From: Candidatus Bathyarchaeota archaeon
GTDB lineage: Archaea; Thermoproteota; Bathyarchaeia; Bathyarchaeales; Bathycorpusculaceae
NCBI GenBank assembly: GCA_963811105.1
Contig: CAWEPZ010000002.1
Span: forward strand, 1 to 64,000
DNA length: 64,000 nt
Direction of reading: 5' to 3'
Part shown: positions 1 through 8,454 of the stretch, piece by piece
Numbering within the stretch: position 1 is the first letter of the stretch
Layout: every line of letters starts with the position of its first letter
Translations under genes and position numbers: made by a program
Notes under the pieces: generated by a model
What the model was told of the DNA's origin: nothing
Seen by the model: only the letters and a program-made list of their open reading frames with translations
Database searches by the model: none

Positions 1-491
1 GACTTCAATCCTATTTACACAACTTACAACAACCTTACAGGAACATTGCAAAATCAAAATCTGCCAATAACCGTCATATTAGCCTACCAAGTTAACGGCA
101 CAAACATAGATAGCAACCAAGTGCCCAGAATGGTAATCGTGGGTTCTGAAGGTTTACTCATGGATGGGTCAGGCGGAAGAAGCGTAACACAAGTGAACGT
201 AACCAACTATGTGCCATTAGCAACCCCAATTCCAACAACTACTCCAACGCCCACACCATCACAAACGCCTTACCCAACGCCAACAGCAACACCGACAAAG
301 TCACCCAAACCTTCGCCAAGTCCATCTCTCACACCAAGTCCATCGCAGTCACTATCAGCTTCACCCTCACCAACTCCAACATCCACCACACCAATAGAAA
401 CTAACAACACACAAGTCCTTCTTGAAGTATCGCTGTAGCAGCAATCGTTATTATTGCAGTTGTCGTCGTTGTGATTCTTAAAAGAAAATAA
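1..491 (+). CDS. 3' part of a cell-surface protein: extracellular domain, Pro/Thr/Ser linker and C-terminal membrane anchor (apparent 1-nt frameshift near 425)
   Basis: Frame 1 is open from base 1 (DFNPIYTT...ILAYQVNG...[12 protein letters not shown]) to TAG at 438. A shifted frame encodes [20 protein letters not shown] ending at 491, a typical TM anchor with basic tail. Confidence 0.75.
220..392 (+). repeat. Low-complexity PT/PS linker repeat
   Basis: Encodes [35 protein letters not shown]...; CCAACx/TCACCx codon repeats. Confidence 0.85.
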
Positions 492-585
492 TTTAGCTAT
501 CTTGAGAACGCACTTATAACATCCCACTCCTTTCTTAAAAACAAGGTCAGAAACAGGCAACTTAGGTTTGCGAAACGCGAAAATA

Positions 586-1167
586 TCATTTTGATTGGCT
601 ATTTTTTGTTGCATGATTTGGGAAATGAATATGTTGTGTGCGGTTGAGGATTAAAGCCGAAATGGCGCCGCCCGCTCCTCCAAAAATTAAACTGTCGGCT
701 CCGGCGAGCCCTATGCCTGCTATTAGGATGTGTGCGTTTTGACCGATGAGGCTTGTTATGTAAAAATTCACCATTGTTTTATCAAAACTTCCAAAAGCAC
801 CAAGAATAATGCCCACTAATATGTTTCCTAAGTGCCCCTTGAACAACAACGCAGCGAAATCCATCGTTATTCCCATTGTTGCATATTCAAACACTTCCAG
901 CAATCCCTTGTCAGCCATTCCGAGCACGCCTAAAAGCAAGCCTGCGAGCACACCTATGTAAGTACCTGCACCAAACTTCTTTGTCAAACCAATGCCTATG
1001 ATAAAAGGAATTACCCAGACAATTGCTGTGTGCGCCGGCAAACCAATTGGCGTTTTGAAGAAAGCTTTGAAAACATAAACAAGCGCAGCCATCAGCGATA
1101 AAAAACTTACTTCATAAACCAAAAAATACTTTTTCCCTGCCATAGGATGCACATCAGCCTGGTACAC
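586..1167 (-). CDS. ECF transporter S-component-like membrane protein (likely start ATG 1143)
   Basis: About 185 aa with ~6 hydrophobic helices. The 'LMAAL...FKTPIGLPAH...KKFGAGTYIG' pattern resembles S-components. Substrate unknown. Confidence 0.6.
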   Translation of the reverse strand: MYQADVHPMAGKKYFLVYEVSFLSLMAALVYVFKAFFKTPIGLPAHTAIVWVIPFIIGIGLTKKFGAGTYIGVLAGLLLGVLGMADKGLLEVFEYATMGITMDFAALLFKGHLGNILVGIILGAFGSFDKTMVNFYITSLIGQNAHILIAGIGLAGADSLIFGGAGGAISALILNRTQHIHFPNHATKNSQSK

Positions 1168-1930
1168 TCGACTTTAGACTTAATTTGAAATCGTTTCCTA
1201 TCAAACCGTTAACTGCAACTAAGAGAATAAAATCCTCTTGTACACGTCCACCCGTAAAATTAACATAAAAGGTTCCAGAAGTTTTGCTTGTTTGTGTAAT
1301 GTCGCCTGGCGGATTTCCTGGGTTCGTTGTGATATGTAGCGAGTTTAGTCCACCGCCAGACTTCTCGAACTTCATTAAATAAGTGCTATTTCCAAATACG
1401 TTGAATTTGGCGCCTTCTTTGTTTGAAACCTTGACGCATATGTTGTCAATATCCGGCATTGCTTGAGCGTTTGGTAAGACGTTTGATTCACCTGCTGGAG
1501 TGTTAACGTAGAAACCACTTGCGCCGCTTCCGTCAGGACGGTTAGTCCATGAACATCCGCCACTATCTTTGATATACCCATAAACATGGAAAGCAGCAAG
1601 GCCCTGCAAACCGCTAAACGAGTAGTCAACCCTTACACAGGGGAAAGTAGCATTCAAATTTGAAGTAGCATTCAAATCCACAAACATCAAATAAAAATTT
1701 CCGTTACCGGTAGCATCAATACCTGGCATAACTGGCAGTTTTGAAGCATAAGGGACCCATGCTTGAGGACCATAAAGAAAACTATCTGAGGAAAAGGTCT
1801 GATCCAAATAATAGTTACTGCCGAAAGTGTTTGCCGGCTGGCTCAAATACGCCCATTGAACAGCAAAAACCATCAAAATCAGCAAGCCAAAAATCCCAAA
1901 CGCTGCCGCCAGCTTAAACTTGAACTGCAA
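1154..1930 (-). CDS. Membrane-anchored extracellular beta-rich protein resembling a methanogen cell-surface domain
   Basis: N-terminal TM/signal; motifs FLYGPQAW, YLMFVDL, SWTNR, GGGLNSLHITT, TGGR, FILLVAVNG. Confidence 0.6.
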   Translation of the reverse strand: MQFKFKLAAAFGIFGLLILMVFAVQWAYLSQPANTFGSNYYLDQTFSSDSFLYGPQAWVPYASKLPVMPGIDATGNGNFYLMFVDLNATSNLNATFPCVRVDYSFSGLQGLAAFHVYGYIKDSGGCSWTNRPDGSGASGFYVNTPAGESNVLPNAQAMPDIDNICVKVSNKEGAKFNVFGNSTYLMKFEKSGGGLNSLHITTNPGNPPGDITQTSKTSGTFYVNFTGGRVQEDFILLVAVNGLIGNDFKLSLKSSVPG

Positions 1931-1932
1931 CT

Positions 1933-2625
1933 TTAAGCCCTCTTAAGTGCAAAAAAACAATCTCCTTGTTGCTGTACAAAGAGCACAGTCTTGCCTTGAA
2001 TGAACGAGGGGGTAGCATTTTTTCGAATCTCTACCTTGCCTTCCTTAATGCTCTCTCCTTGTAAAGTTAACACTTCATCTATGCCTGAATTAATAATTTC
2101 TGAAATTGATCGAATGCCAGATAGTTCTCTATTTTTACCTTTTAAAAGGAACCTTCCGTCATTTTTCAACGAAGCCAATCCGACACCTGCAATAGCGCCT
2201 ATAACGCCGTCTTCAGTTCCGCCGAGACCTTCAAAGCGGATTTTACTGTTTTTTGCAACTTCACGTGCTCGCTCCTGGCTTATAATAATAGTTTTAGCAT
2301 CTAACCCTAAGGCTACCGCGGCAGAGGTTATCTGAGTGGATGCGGCTATGGCTAAACCTGGGTCGCTTCCTTCAATGAAATCTTCCAGCATCATTTTTTT
2401 GGTTTTGCAAAATATTTCTTCCATGGCATTTGGTGGCGCCTCTACGTGGATTACTGCGCAGCTGTTGTGTGAAGTGAAGGATATGTCAGGATGTACGAAG
2501 AGTTGGTGACGTGTGACGCCGAATATTAGGTATTTGGTTGAGAGTGCCGTGGCGATGTTTCTGGCCAGTCTGCCTGTACCTCTAGAATCCAAGGTGTCTG
2601 TATCGTCGATTCCAACATAGATCAT
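1933..2625 (-). CDS. Stand-alone TiaS N-terminal-like (GIDDTD) domain protein
   Basis: MIYVGIDDTD...GTG, TRHQL, TSHNSC and GVIGAIAG motifs; lacks the OB-fold and Zn-ribbon of full TiaS. Confidence 0.7.
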   Translation of the reverse strand: MIYVGIDDTDTLDSRGTGRLARNIATALSTKYLIFGVTRHQLFVHPDISFTSHNSCAVIHVEAPPNAMEEIFCKTKKMMLEDFIEGSDPGLAIAASTQITSAAVALGLDAKTIIISQERAREVAKNSKIRFEGLGGTEDGVIGAIAGVGLASLKNDGRFLLKGKNRELSGIRSISEIINSGIDEVLTLQGESIKEGKVEIRKNATPSFIQGKTVLFVQQQGDCFFALKRA

Positions 2626-2649
2626 TAGATTTGCCCCGAACCAAGTTTG

Positions 2650-2673
2650 CGATGTGCATTTTTAAGCACATCG
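2650..2673 (-). promoter_or_regulatory. Perfect 8-bp inverted repeat straddling a TATA-like box upstream of the 2625..586 operon
   Basis: CGATGTGC-ATTTTTAA-GCACATCG; the spacer reads TTAAAAAT on the minus strand, about 33 nt before the ATG at 2625. Confidence 0.55.
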
Positions 2674-2997
2674 TTTTAGCTATTAAACTTGTTGGGGAAC
2701 AAAAAAATAGTTAGAGCTATCGAAAAGTTCGTCACCTTTTTGATTGAAGCTATTTCTCGGTAAACCACCAATTGGCGATACCTCCCACACAACTAACTCT
2801 TTTTTTGATACGCCGAAAAAAACCTTGACAGGAGATGAACATATATATGGAAAAAAATAGCTTATGATCACACATATAAAAAATTTATAATATCATTTGA
2901 TTTCTCTTACTCTATCCTGTTAATTCGTGAAAGGCTTTTGCTAACACAGCGTTCAGAGTATTGGGGGCAGAGTCGCTGCTTGTTTGGAAAACATTCT

Positions 2998-3062
2998 AAA
3001 AAGGGATTTCACAGTTAGATTGCCCATAATCCTCATGCGAGGAGTTCCAGGCTAACTGGCTT
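2998..3062 (-). ncRNA. Candidate small hairpin RNA (or strong terminator)
   Basis: Long imperfect stem CAGUUAG-CCUGG-AACUCCUC/GCAU/GAGGAUU-AUGGG-CAAU-CUAACUG; TATA-like box at 3087-3094; U-run at the 3' end. Confidence 0.25.
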
Positions 3063-3123
3063 GCCCTGGCCTTTTACATAGGCTTCTTATAATATAGTTA
3101 TTGGGATTTGAAGAGGGACGGCT

Positions 3124-3267
3124 TCATTGTTTTTTGTCGATCCATGTTTTGACCGCTTCTTGGACAGCTTTGGATAAGTCGCCTTTTTTGCCTCCGAATT
3201 TTTCTATGGTTTTTAGTCTCAGCTGTTTTTCTTGTTCGTCTGAAATGTCAACGTTAATGCGGCCCAA
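3124..3267 (-). CDS. Ribbon-helix-helix (CopG/Arc/MetJ-like) protein, 47 aa, absent from the ORF track
   Basis: TTG start; MGRINVDISDEQEKQLRLKTIEKFGGKKGDLSKAVQEAVKTWIDKKQ*; alternating beta strand followed by 'LSKAVQEAV' helix B. Confidence 0.8.
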   Translation of the reverse strand: MGRINVDISDEQEKQLRLKTIEKFGGKKGDLSKAVQEAVKTWIDKKQ

Positions 3268-3388
3268 TTTTAGTCACTTGTTTTCTGATTACATTTTGTT
3301 GAAATAAGCGAGCAGCGAATTTTTGTGTTCAGTTTCTATTTGTTTCAGGCTTTATCCCTTTGAGTTCGCTTATTCACATTAAGTATAT

Positions 3389-3429
3389 ATGTGCACACGC
3401 TCTTATAGGCTTATGTGTTTAAGTGCACA
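3389..3429. promoter_or_regulatory. Two GTGCAC palindromes 32 bp apart; candidate RHH operator
   Basis: ATGTGCAC at 3389-3396 and ATGTGTTTAAGTGCACA at 3413-3429, similar to the 2650-2673 operator. Confidence 0.35.
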
Positions 3430-3481
3430 AAATACATGAGAAATATTGCGGTTTACGATGAACCAGGGCATACGACCAACC

Positions 3482-3502
3482 AAGGTCTTCCAAAATTTTA
3501 CC
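3482..3502 (+). repeat. 21-bp direct repeat, copy A
   Basis: AAGGTCTTCCAAAATTTTACC; 20/21 identical to 4065-4085. Confidence 0.85.
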
Positions 3503-3649
3503 ACACATGGAGGAAAGCTTGCCAGATCTTATTTTATCATCAGAACAAATAGAATACAATAAATAAAATGGGGTTAACTTATTTTATACCCTCCCGTTTT
3601 CGACAAGCCTTCTTATATGCAGGCGCACCAACATAATTCAGGGATACCT

Positions 3650-4066
3650 ATGAAAACTGTGTTAGTCTATTTTTCCCGGGGCGGAAACACCCGCAAAATC
3701 GCAGAAGCTATCGCTGAAGAATTAGAAATTACCTCTATCGATGTTAAGAAGGAATCGCCGAATGTCAGCGGCGCGGACTTGTTGATTGTGGGCAGCGGGA
3801 CGTACGGAAACAAGCCTGGCAAGGAAATGGTTGCTTTCCTTGAAAACCTGGAATCCGTTAAGGATAAGCGGGCGGCTTGCTTTTCGAGTTGTGCTGGAGA
3901 CGCATCCAAGACGCTTGATGCGATGAAAGATATTCTGACAAAGAAAGGATACACAATCGTTGACTGCTTTAGCTGTTTTGGAAAGTTCGCGGGGCTATCT
4001 AAGCGCGGGCACCCAACCGACGAGGAACTAAAACGCGCCAAAGAATTCGCAAGAAAGCTTGCTTAA
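3650..4066 (+). CDS. Flavodoxin (short-chain family)
   Basis: VYFSRGGNTRKIAEAI FMN-binding loop, VGSGTYG and GHP motifs; ATG 3650 is the likely start. Confidence 0.9.
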   Translation: MKTVLVYFSRGGNTRKIAEAIAEELEITSIDVKKESPNVSGADLLIVGSGTYGNKPGKEMVAFLENLESVKDKRAACFSSCAGDASKTLDAMKDILTKKGYTIVDCFSCFGKFAGLSKRGHPTDEELKRAKEFARKLA

Positions 4067-4085
4067 GGTCTTCCAAAAATTTACC
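4065..4085 (+). repeat. 21-bp direct repeat, copy B, overlapping the flavodoxin stop codon
   Basis: AAGGTCTTCCAAAAATTTACC. Confidence 0.85.
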
Positions 4086-4161
4086 CGTGTAATTGTTCTT
4101 TAGAAAACGCAAATAGAGCCTTAGCTAAGAAGAGGGTAACTTAATCCCTCCAAAAAGGTTA

Positions 4162-4368
4162 TTATTTTTTGCTAAGGTACCATTTGAGGTATTCTTTTCT
4201 GCGGTTTTCTTTCACTTCTTCTGCTGTTTCCTTATTTGGCCTGTTTTTCTCCCGTAGTTCCATTAGTTCTTGCTGGTGCACTGATAACCCACAGCTTTTG
4301 CATATGTAACGTTTGGTGCTTATGTCGTAATGCATTTCTCCGCCGCATTCAGGACAATATGTCTCCAT
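4162..4368 (-). CDS. Small Zn-ribbon protein
   Basis: CPECGG...CKSCG plus charged helical C-terminus. Confidence 0.75.
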   Translation of the reverse strand: METYCPECGGEMHYDISTKRYICKSCGLSVHQQELMELREKNRPNKETAEEVKENRRKEYLKWYLSKK

Positions 4369-4468
4369 TTTTATCCTTCCTCTCCGTGGAATTTCATAAT
4401 AAATCGTTTCTACAGAGATATTAGTCTTCGCATAGAACTAAGCAATTTTAGCCTAAAAAAAGGCGATT

Positions 4469-5512
4469 CTAGACATGTGCATACACTTTGTCGTTGGAGT
4501 ATTTTCCTGTGTCCATTTCCTGCTGAATTTCCTTCAACAGCAAAATACGTTTAAACGTCGGAGGATGAGTAGCAAACAGGCCGTTCATTTGCGCCCAAGT
4601 GCTCTTGGATTCCTTTTCCATCGCCAATTCCAACTCTCTTTCGTCTAAGACGCCGTCATGGTCTAAGTCATATTCGTCTTTTTTATCCATAATGTGTTGA
4701 ATTTCCTGTTTTGCCGCTGCAGGGTCTTCAATGTAGAACGCTCTAGCCCCTTCTGGTGCCTTAGGAGAAATGGATAAGCCATAAGTAATTTTTGCCAATG
4801 CGCTTTCCAACTCTCCAGGTGAACCTGTCACGTAAGCAGAGTATGCGTCAGCATAGTGCTCTCGAAGCCGGCTAAGCCTCATAACAATTAAGAAGGTTAT
4901 AATGTAGATTGCAAACGCAATTACGCCAATTATGATTAATGCTGCACCGGAGTTGTCTTTACTATTTCTTCGTCCACCGCTAAAAGCGCCAGCACGCAAT
5001 GCTACCTGTGCGATCAAGTAAGCTATTAACGGCAACGCTGAGAGGACGGTCATTACAATGTAGTCTTTGTGTTTAACGTGGCCTAACTCATGAGCAATTA
5101 CGCCCTGAATTTCTGCTTCATTTAGCTGTTTAAGAAGTCCTTCATGCACAGCTAAAGTAGCGCTGTTTGTGGTTCTGCCAAAAGTAAAAGCGTTAGGCGT
5201 ATTATTTGGCACTGTAGCTAACCTTGGCATGGGTAAACCGCTTTTGTCGGCTAATTCTTTGACTGTTTTTTCAAGCCATGGATTCTCGCCTGGCTTTAGG
5301 TAATGCAGGTGTGCTGTGGCTGCAACCATTACCGGTCCTACTGCATACTGGAATAGTATAAAGAGTGCTGAGCCTCCTAAAGCAATGAGTAAACCAGTGA
5401 AAGCATCCAACTGTAAGAAGTAAACAATTGCAAATATGAGAAGACCAAATATGAAGGCTGATAAGAAAATTGAAGTCGCCATTGCAAACTTTAATTGTGA
5501 TAGACTAGCCAA
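4469..5512 (-). CDS. htpX: Zinc metalloprotease HtpX (M48)
   Basis: PNAF, HELGH, SRLREHYAD and THPP motifs; TM helices. Confidence 0.93.
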   Translation of the reverse strand: MASLSQLKFAMATSIFLSAFIFGLLIFAIVYFLQLDAFTGLLIALGGSALFILFQYAVGPVMVAATAHLHYLKPGENPWLEKTVKELADKSGLPMPRLATVPNNTPNAFTFGRTTNSATLAVHEGLLKQLNEAEIQGVIAHELGHVKHKDYIVMTVLSALPLIAYLIAQVALRAGAFSGGRRNSKDNSGAALIIIGVIAFAIYIITFLIVMRLSRLREHYADAYSAYVTGSPGELESALAKITYGLSISPKAPEGARAFYIEDPAAAKQEIQHIMDKKDEYDLDHDGVLDERELELAMEKESKSTWAQMNGLFATHPPTFKRILLLKEIQQEMDTGKYSNDKVYAHV

Positions 5513-5618
5513 TTTTTTCCCCTCTAGTTGTTTCTCACAAGTACTACAATGAAGAATTAAGCCTTTCTAAAAATAATAGGAAAAGAAAGGGCTTTTTCAA
5601 CTTTGAAAATAAAGAAAA

Positions 5619-6608
5619 TTAAATAGGGTAAGCTCCGCATACTTTGCAGAACTGAATCCTAGTTTTAATATAGCTCTTGCATTCGGGGCACTGCTTTGCT
5701 CCATCGCCAGCGTTCGGGAACACTTCTGACGGTTTTCCAAAGATCTTTCTGAAAGCCTCGTAATATAGTAGTTGTTCTTTGTCACGGATTTTAACGTTGT
5801 CAGCTGCGAGAATATTCTTCTTCTTTTCTTCAAACTCCTTAGCCGTGAATTGACTTTCGAAAACAGTGTGAAGAGCCGCTGCGCCAGTTCCAGCTTCAAG
5901 TGGTGCTTTTGGCCGCCAAATAACATTTTTGGGTATAACGTCTTCATATGATTTGCGAAGTAGCCATTTGCTGTATTTATCGCCCTCATGCATGTTGATT
6001 TTTACTTTAATCGGTAACTTTTTCGCCCAATCCACAAATAATGGGTCAAGATAAGGCTGTTTTACCTCCATGCCTAAGGATTTAGCCATTGGGATTGAAG
6101 AGAAACCCATTTCTGCCCACATATCCAACTGCTTTTTGTATAAATCCTCTTCTGAAAGGTGGAATTGCCATGGGTAACCGAAGAGCTCATCTAATCCGTC
6201 TCCAGTGAAGACACTTTTTATTTTTTTGTTTTTCATAATGTTTAAGCCAATATAAACCGGCATGCTGTTTCTAACGTCCATGGGATCGAAAGTTTTTAGG
6301 GCTTTTACAACTTTGGGAACATTTTCTATAGCTTCTTCTCGATCAAAAACGTGTGTTTCGTGGTCTTTGAGTGTTAAGAAGGTGACCATTTTTTTGACGT
6401 ATTCAGTATCTTTTGGGGCACCTTGTTTAAAAGCGATAGTTAACGCTGGTATGTTTGGTTTGTATTTAACTGCTTCGTAGGCAATTATGCTGGTGTCTGT
6501 TCCCGCTGAAAATAAAATGCCGTCTGCCATGTTTTTCTGTACAACTTTATTCACTAACGCTTTTGTTTCTGGAATAAGGTGTGAATATTCTTTAGGGTCT
6601 AGCGTCAA
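5619..6608 (-). CDS. Asparagine synthase C-terminal-like ATP pyrophosphatase, no glutaminase domain, with C-terminal Zn ribbon
   Basis: FSAGTDTS PP-loop variant, TGDGLDELFGY, PYLD, KWLLRK, WRPKAP; CPEC...CKVC. Confidence 0.8.
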   Translation of the reverse strand: MTLDPKEYSHLIPETKALVNKVVQKNMADGILFSAGTDTSIIAYEAVKYKPNIPALTIAFKQGAPKDTEYVKKMVTFLTLKDHETHVFDREEAIENVPKVVKALKTFDPMDVRNSMPVYIGLNIMKNKKIKSVFTGDGLDELFGYPWQFHLSEEDLYKKQLDMWAEMGFSSIPMAKSLGMEVKQPYLDPLFVDWAKKLPIKVKINMHEGDKYSKWLLRKSYEDVIPKNVIWRPKAPLEAGTGAAALHTVFESQFTAKEFEEKKKNILAADNVKIRDKEQLLYYEAFRKIFGKPSEVFPNAGDGAKQCPECKSYIKTRIQFCKVCGAYPI

Positions 6609-6881
6609 GTCCGATTCCTCACAATACCAAAGTTGTCTTCCTACAACTATTTAAGGTTTATCCGTATGCAAACAAAAGCTAATAAATAATAAACATATGT
6701 GAGGAAAGAAAGCAAAATACTGAACAGTCGAGAGCTTACTTTAATGAGAATGTCCATAATCCAAAAGAACATGGCACTCTGTAATATACATGAATTATGC
6801 AACTTCTTACATGAAAGTAAAGAATAAACTCTAATAATCACGCTAATCCTAAATAGTAAAGGACTCTCGGAGACGATAAAT

Positions 6882-7919
6882 TTGGTAGAGTTTAATCTTG
6901 AAGGCAACGCCAAACTAATAGTAAAAGACAACGTGTTAGCCGTAATTTGTGATAATTCTTTAATGACTGTAAGTTCAGCATTTTATAATGGCGGGAGCAA
7001 ACAGGTTAAAGTTGTCCTCAACGTAGGCGTGCCGGAAGGGTATAATGACCGTTCCTTGCACCTTGACCCGCTTGAACTTATCACTTCATCCGCGGCAAAG
7101 CTCGGGTTCAACAAAGATTATCTTGCCATGATTACGGCGGCTAAAATCAGCAATTATAGTTTAGTTTCAAAGAAAAATGAGGCTTTTTCAGTTAGCGTAG
7201 CCGCCACAGCAGGTTGCAAACACGGCGAATCCTCAGGCGAACAGATGGATGTTGAAGAGGCTCCCGGTACCATAAATATCATAGTCTTAATTAACGGAAA
7301 ACCTACCGACAGTTGCTTAGTGGCCTCTTTAATTACTGCCACTGAAGCGAAGTCAGCGGCACTTCAAGATTTCGATGTAAGAAGCTTCTACACAGGAGAC
7401 TCTGCTACGGGATCAATAACTGATAGCGTGACAATAGCAACGACAAATCAAGGCAAAACAATAGTTTATGGAGGTCCAGCATCGAAACTGGGCCAAATGG
7501 TTGGTTATTGCACAAGAAAAGCTGTCACCGAAGCTTTAATCAAGCAGGAACCAATTTGGGCATGCCGAACAGTTTTGGATAGGCTTAAAGAGCGGCATCT
7601 TTCAATTGAAAAATTAGCCGCTGAAATATCCAAAATCGACGGTTTATCCATTGATGCGAAAGCTTTGGCTGAGATTTTGAAGAATAAACCGTATCTTAAT
7701 GCTTATTTGTTAGCGGCAGCGAAGTTGGATGATGACGTTAAAAAAAAACTCTTTCGAACCGAAACTGTAGATGCATCTCAATTGAGTGAATGCATTCGCA
7801 ACCTTGCCTCTTACAAGCAGGATTATATTAAAATGCCCAATTATGAAGAGGTTGATTTGCCGCCGTTTCTAAAACACGCCCTAATCATGTTTGTGAAGGA
7901 TGCTCTTTACAAAGACTAA
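6882..7919 (+). CDS. cbiZ: Adenosylcobinamide amidohydrolase CbiZ with degenerate C-terminal CobZ/PgpA-like domain
   Basis: SSAFYNGG, MITAA, ATAG, GTINIIV, TATEAK, ATGSITD and YGGPASKLG motifs. Confidence 0.82.
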   Translation: MVEFNLEGNAKLIVKDNVLAVICDNSLMTVSSAFYNGGSKQVKVVLNVGVPEGYNDRSLHLDPLELITSSAAKLGFNKDYLAMITAAKISNYSLVSKKNEAFSVSVAATAGCKHGESSGEQMDVEEAPGTINIIVLINGKPTDSCLVASLITATEAKSAALQDFDVRSFYTGDSATGSITDSVTIATTNQGKTIVYGGPASKLGQMVGYCTRKAVTEALIKQEPIWACRTVLDRLKERHLSIEKLAAEISKIDGLSIDAKALAEILKNKPYLNAYLLAAAKLDDDVKKKLFRTETVDASQLSECIRNLASYKQDYIKMPNYEEVDLPPFLKHALIMFVKDALYKD

Positions 7920-7972
7920 AAGAATAGCTTGGTTTTCGTAAGTACATTGCTAATGGCACCTCTTGGTTGAGC

Positions 7973-8353
7973 TCAAGATGTAAACGAGACAAAACCGTCT
8001 TTTGCATTTTCTTGGTCTGGGTTTTGCGGAATCAAAATTGGTTCCTGTTTGTTTTTTCGTATAAATGCAACCGAAGCAAAAGTCAACACTAAAACGCTTA
8101 GCGAAATTGTTATTGAAGTAAAATTAAGACCAATCGGCGATAACCCCAAAAATAGGCCAACAAGTCCATCTAAACCAAAGCTTAAGGCAACTGATAACAC
8201 CAATTCTTCAACGAAATCAAGTTTGTTTCTGTTGATAAATAGAATATTTACCAAACAGTAGCCGGGCAAAAATGCGACAAAAACAAAACCGAAAAAGTAA
8301 CGAAATACCAAAACTGCAAGCGGTGAATCACTTGGAATAAAATAAGTTGCCAA
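7973..8353 (-). CDS. DUF1616-like membrane protein (frame stays open upstream to about 8419)
   Basis: RYFFG...FLPGY...LDFVEELVLSVALS pattern; hydrophobic. Confidence 0.65.
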   Translation of the reverse strand: MATYFIPSDSPLAVLVFRYFFGFVFVAFLPGYCLVNILFINRNKLDFVEELVLSVALSFGLDGLVGLFLGLSPIGLNFTSITISLSVLVLTFASVAFIRKNKQEPILIPQNPDQENAKDGFVSFTS

Positions 8354-8454
8354 TAAAGTTACAAATGTAAAAGCAAGGATAATTTCAAACCATCGGAGAG
8401 GTTTCAGTTTATAGACACTTCAAAATTTAACAATAAAAAATAAAGGAAGTAGTT

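Noticed and set aside
2683-2871. Possible cobalamin riboswitch or 62-aa ORF upstream of the uptake operon; 14-bp A/T-rich inverted repeat at about 2701 and 2793
   Set aside because: No B12-box consensus elements seen; the repeat is mostly homopolymer; the ORF has no coding features
3334-3554. 11-bp inverted repeat TTCTATTTGTT/AACAAATAGAA suggesting a MITE
   Set aside because: AT-rich, no TSD and no second copy
3482-4085. Repeat pair as a CRISPR remnant
   Set aside because: Only two copies 583 bp apart with a gene between them; no cas genes
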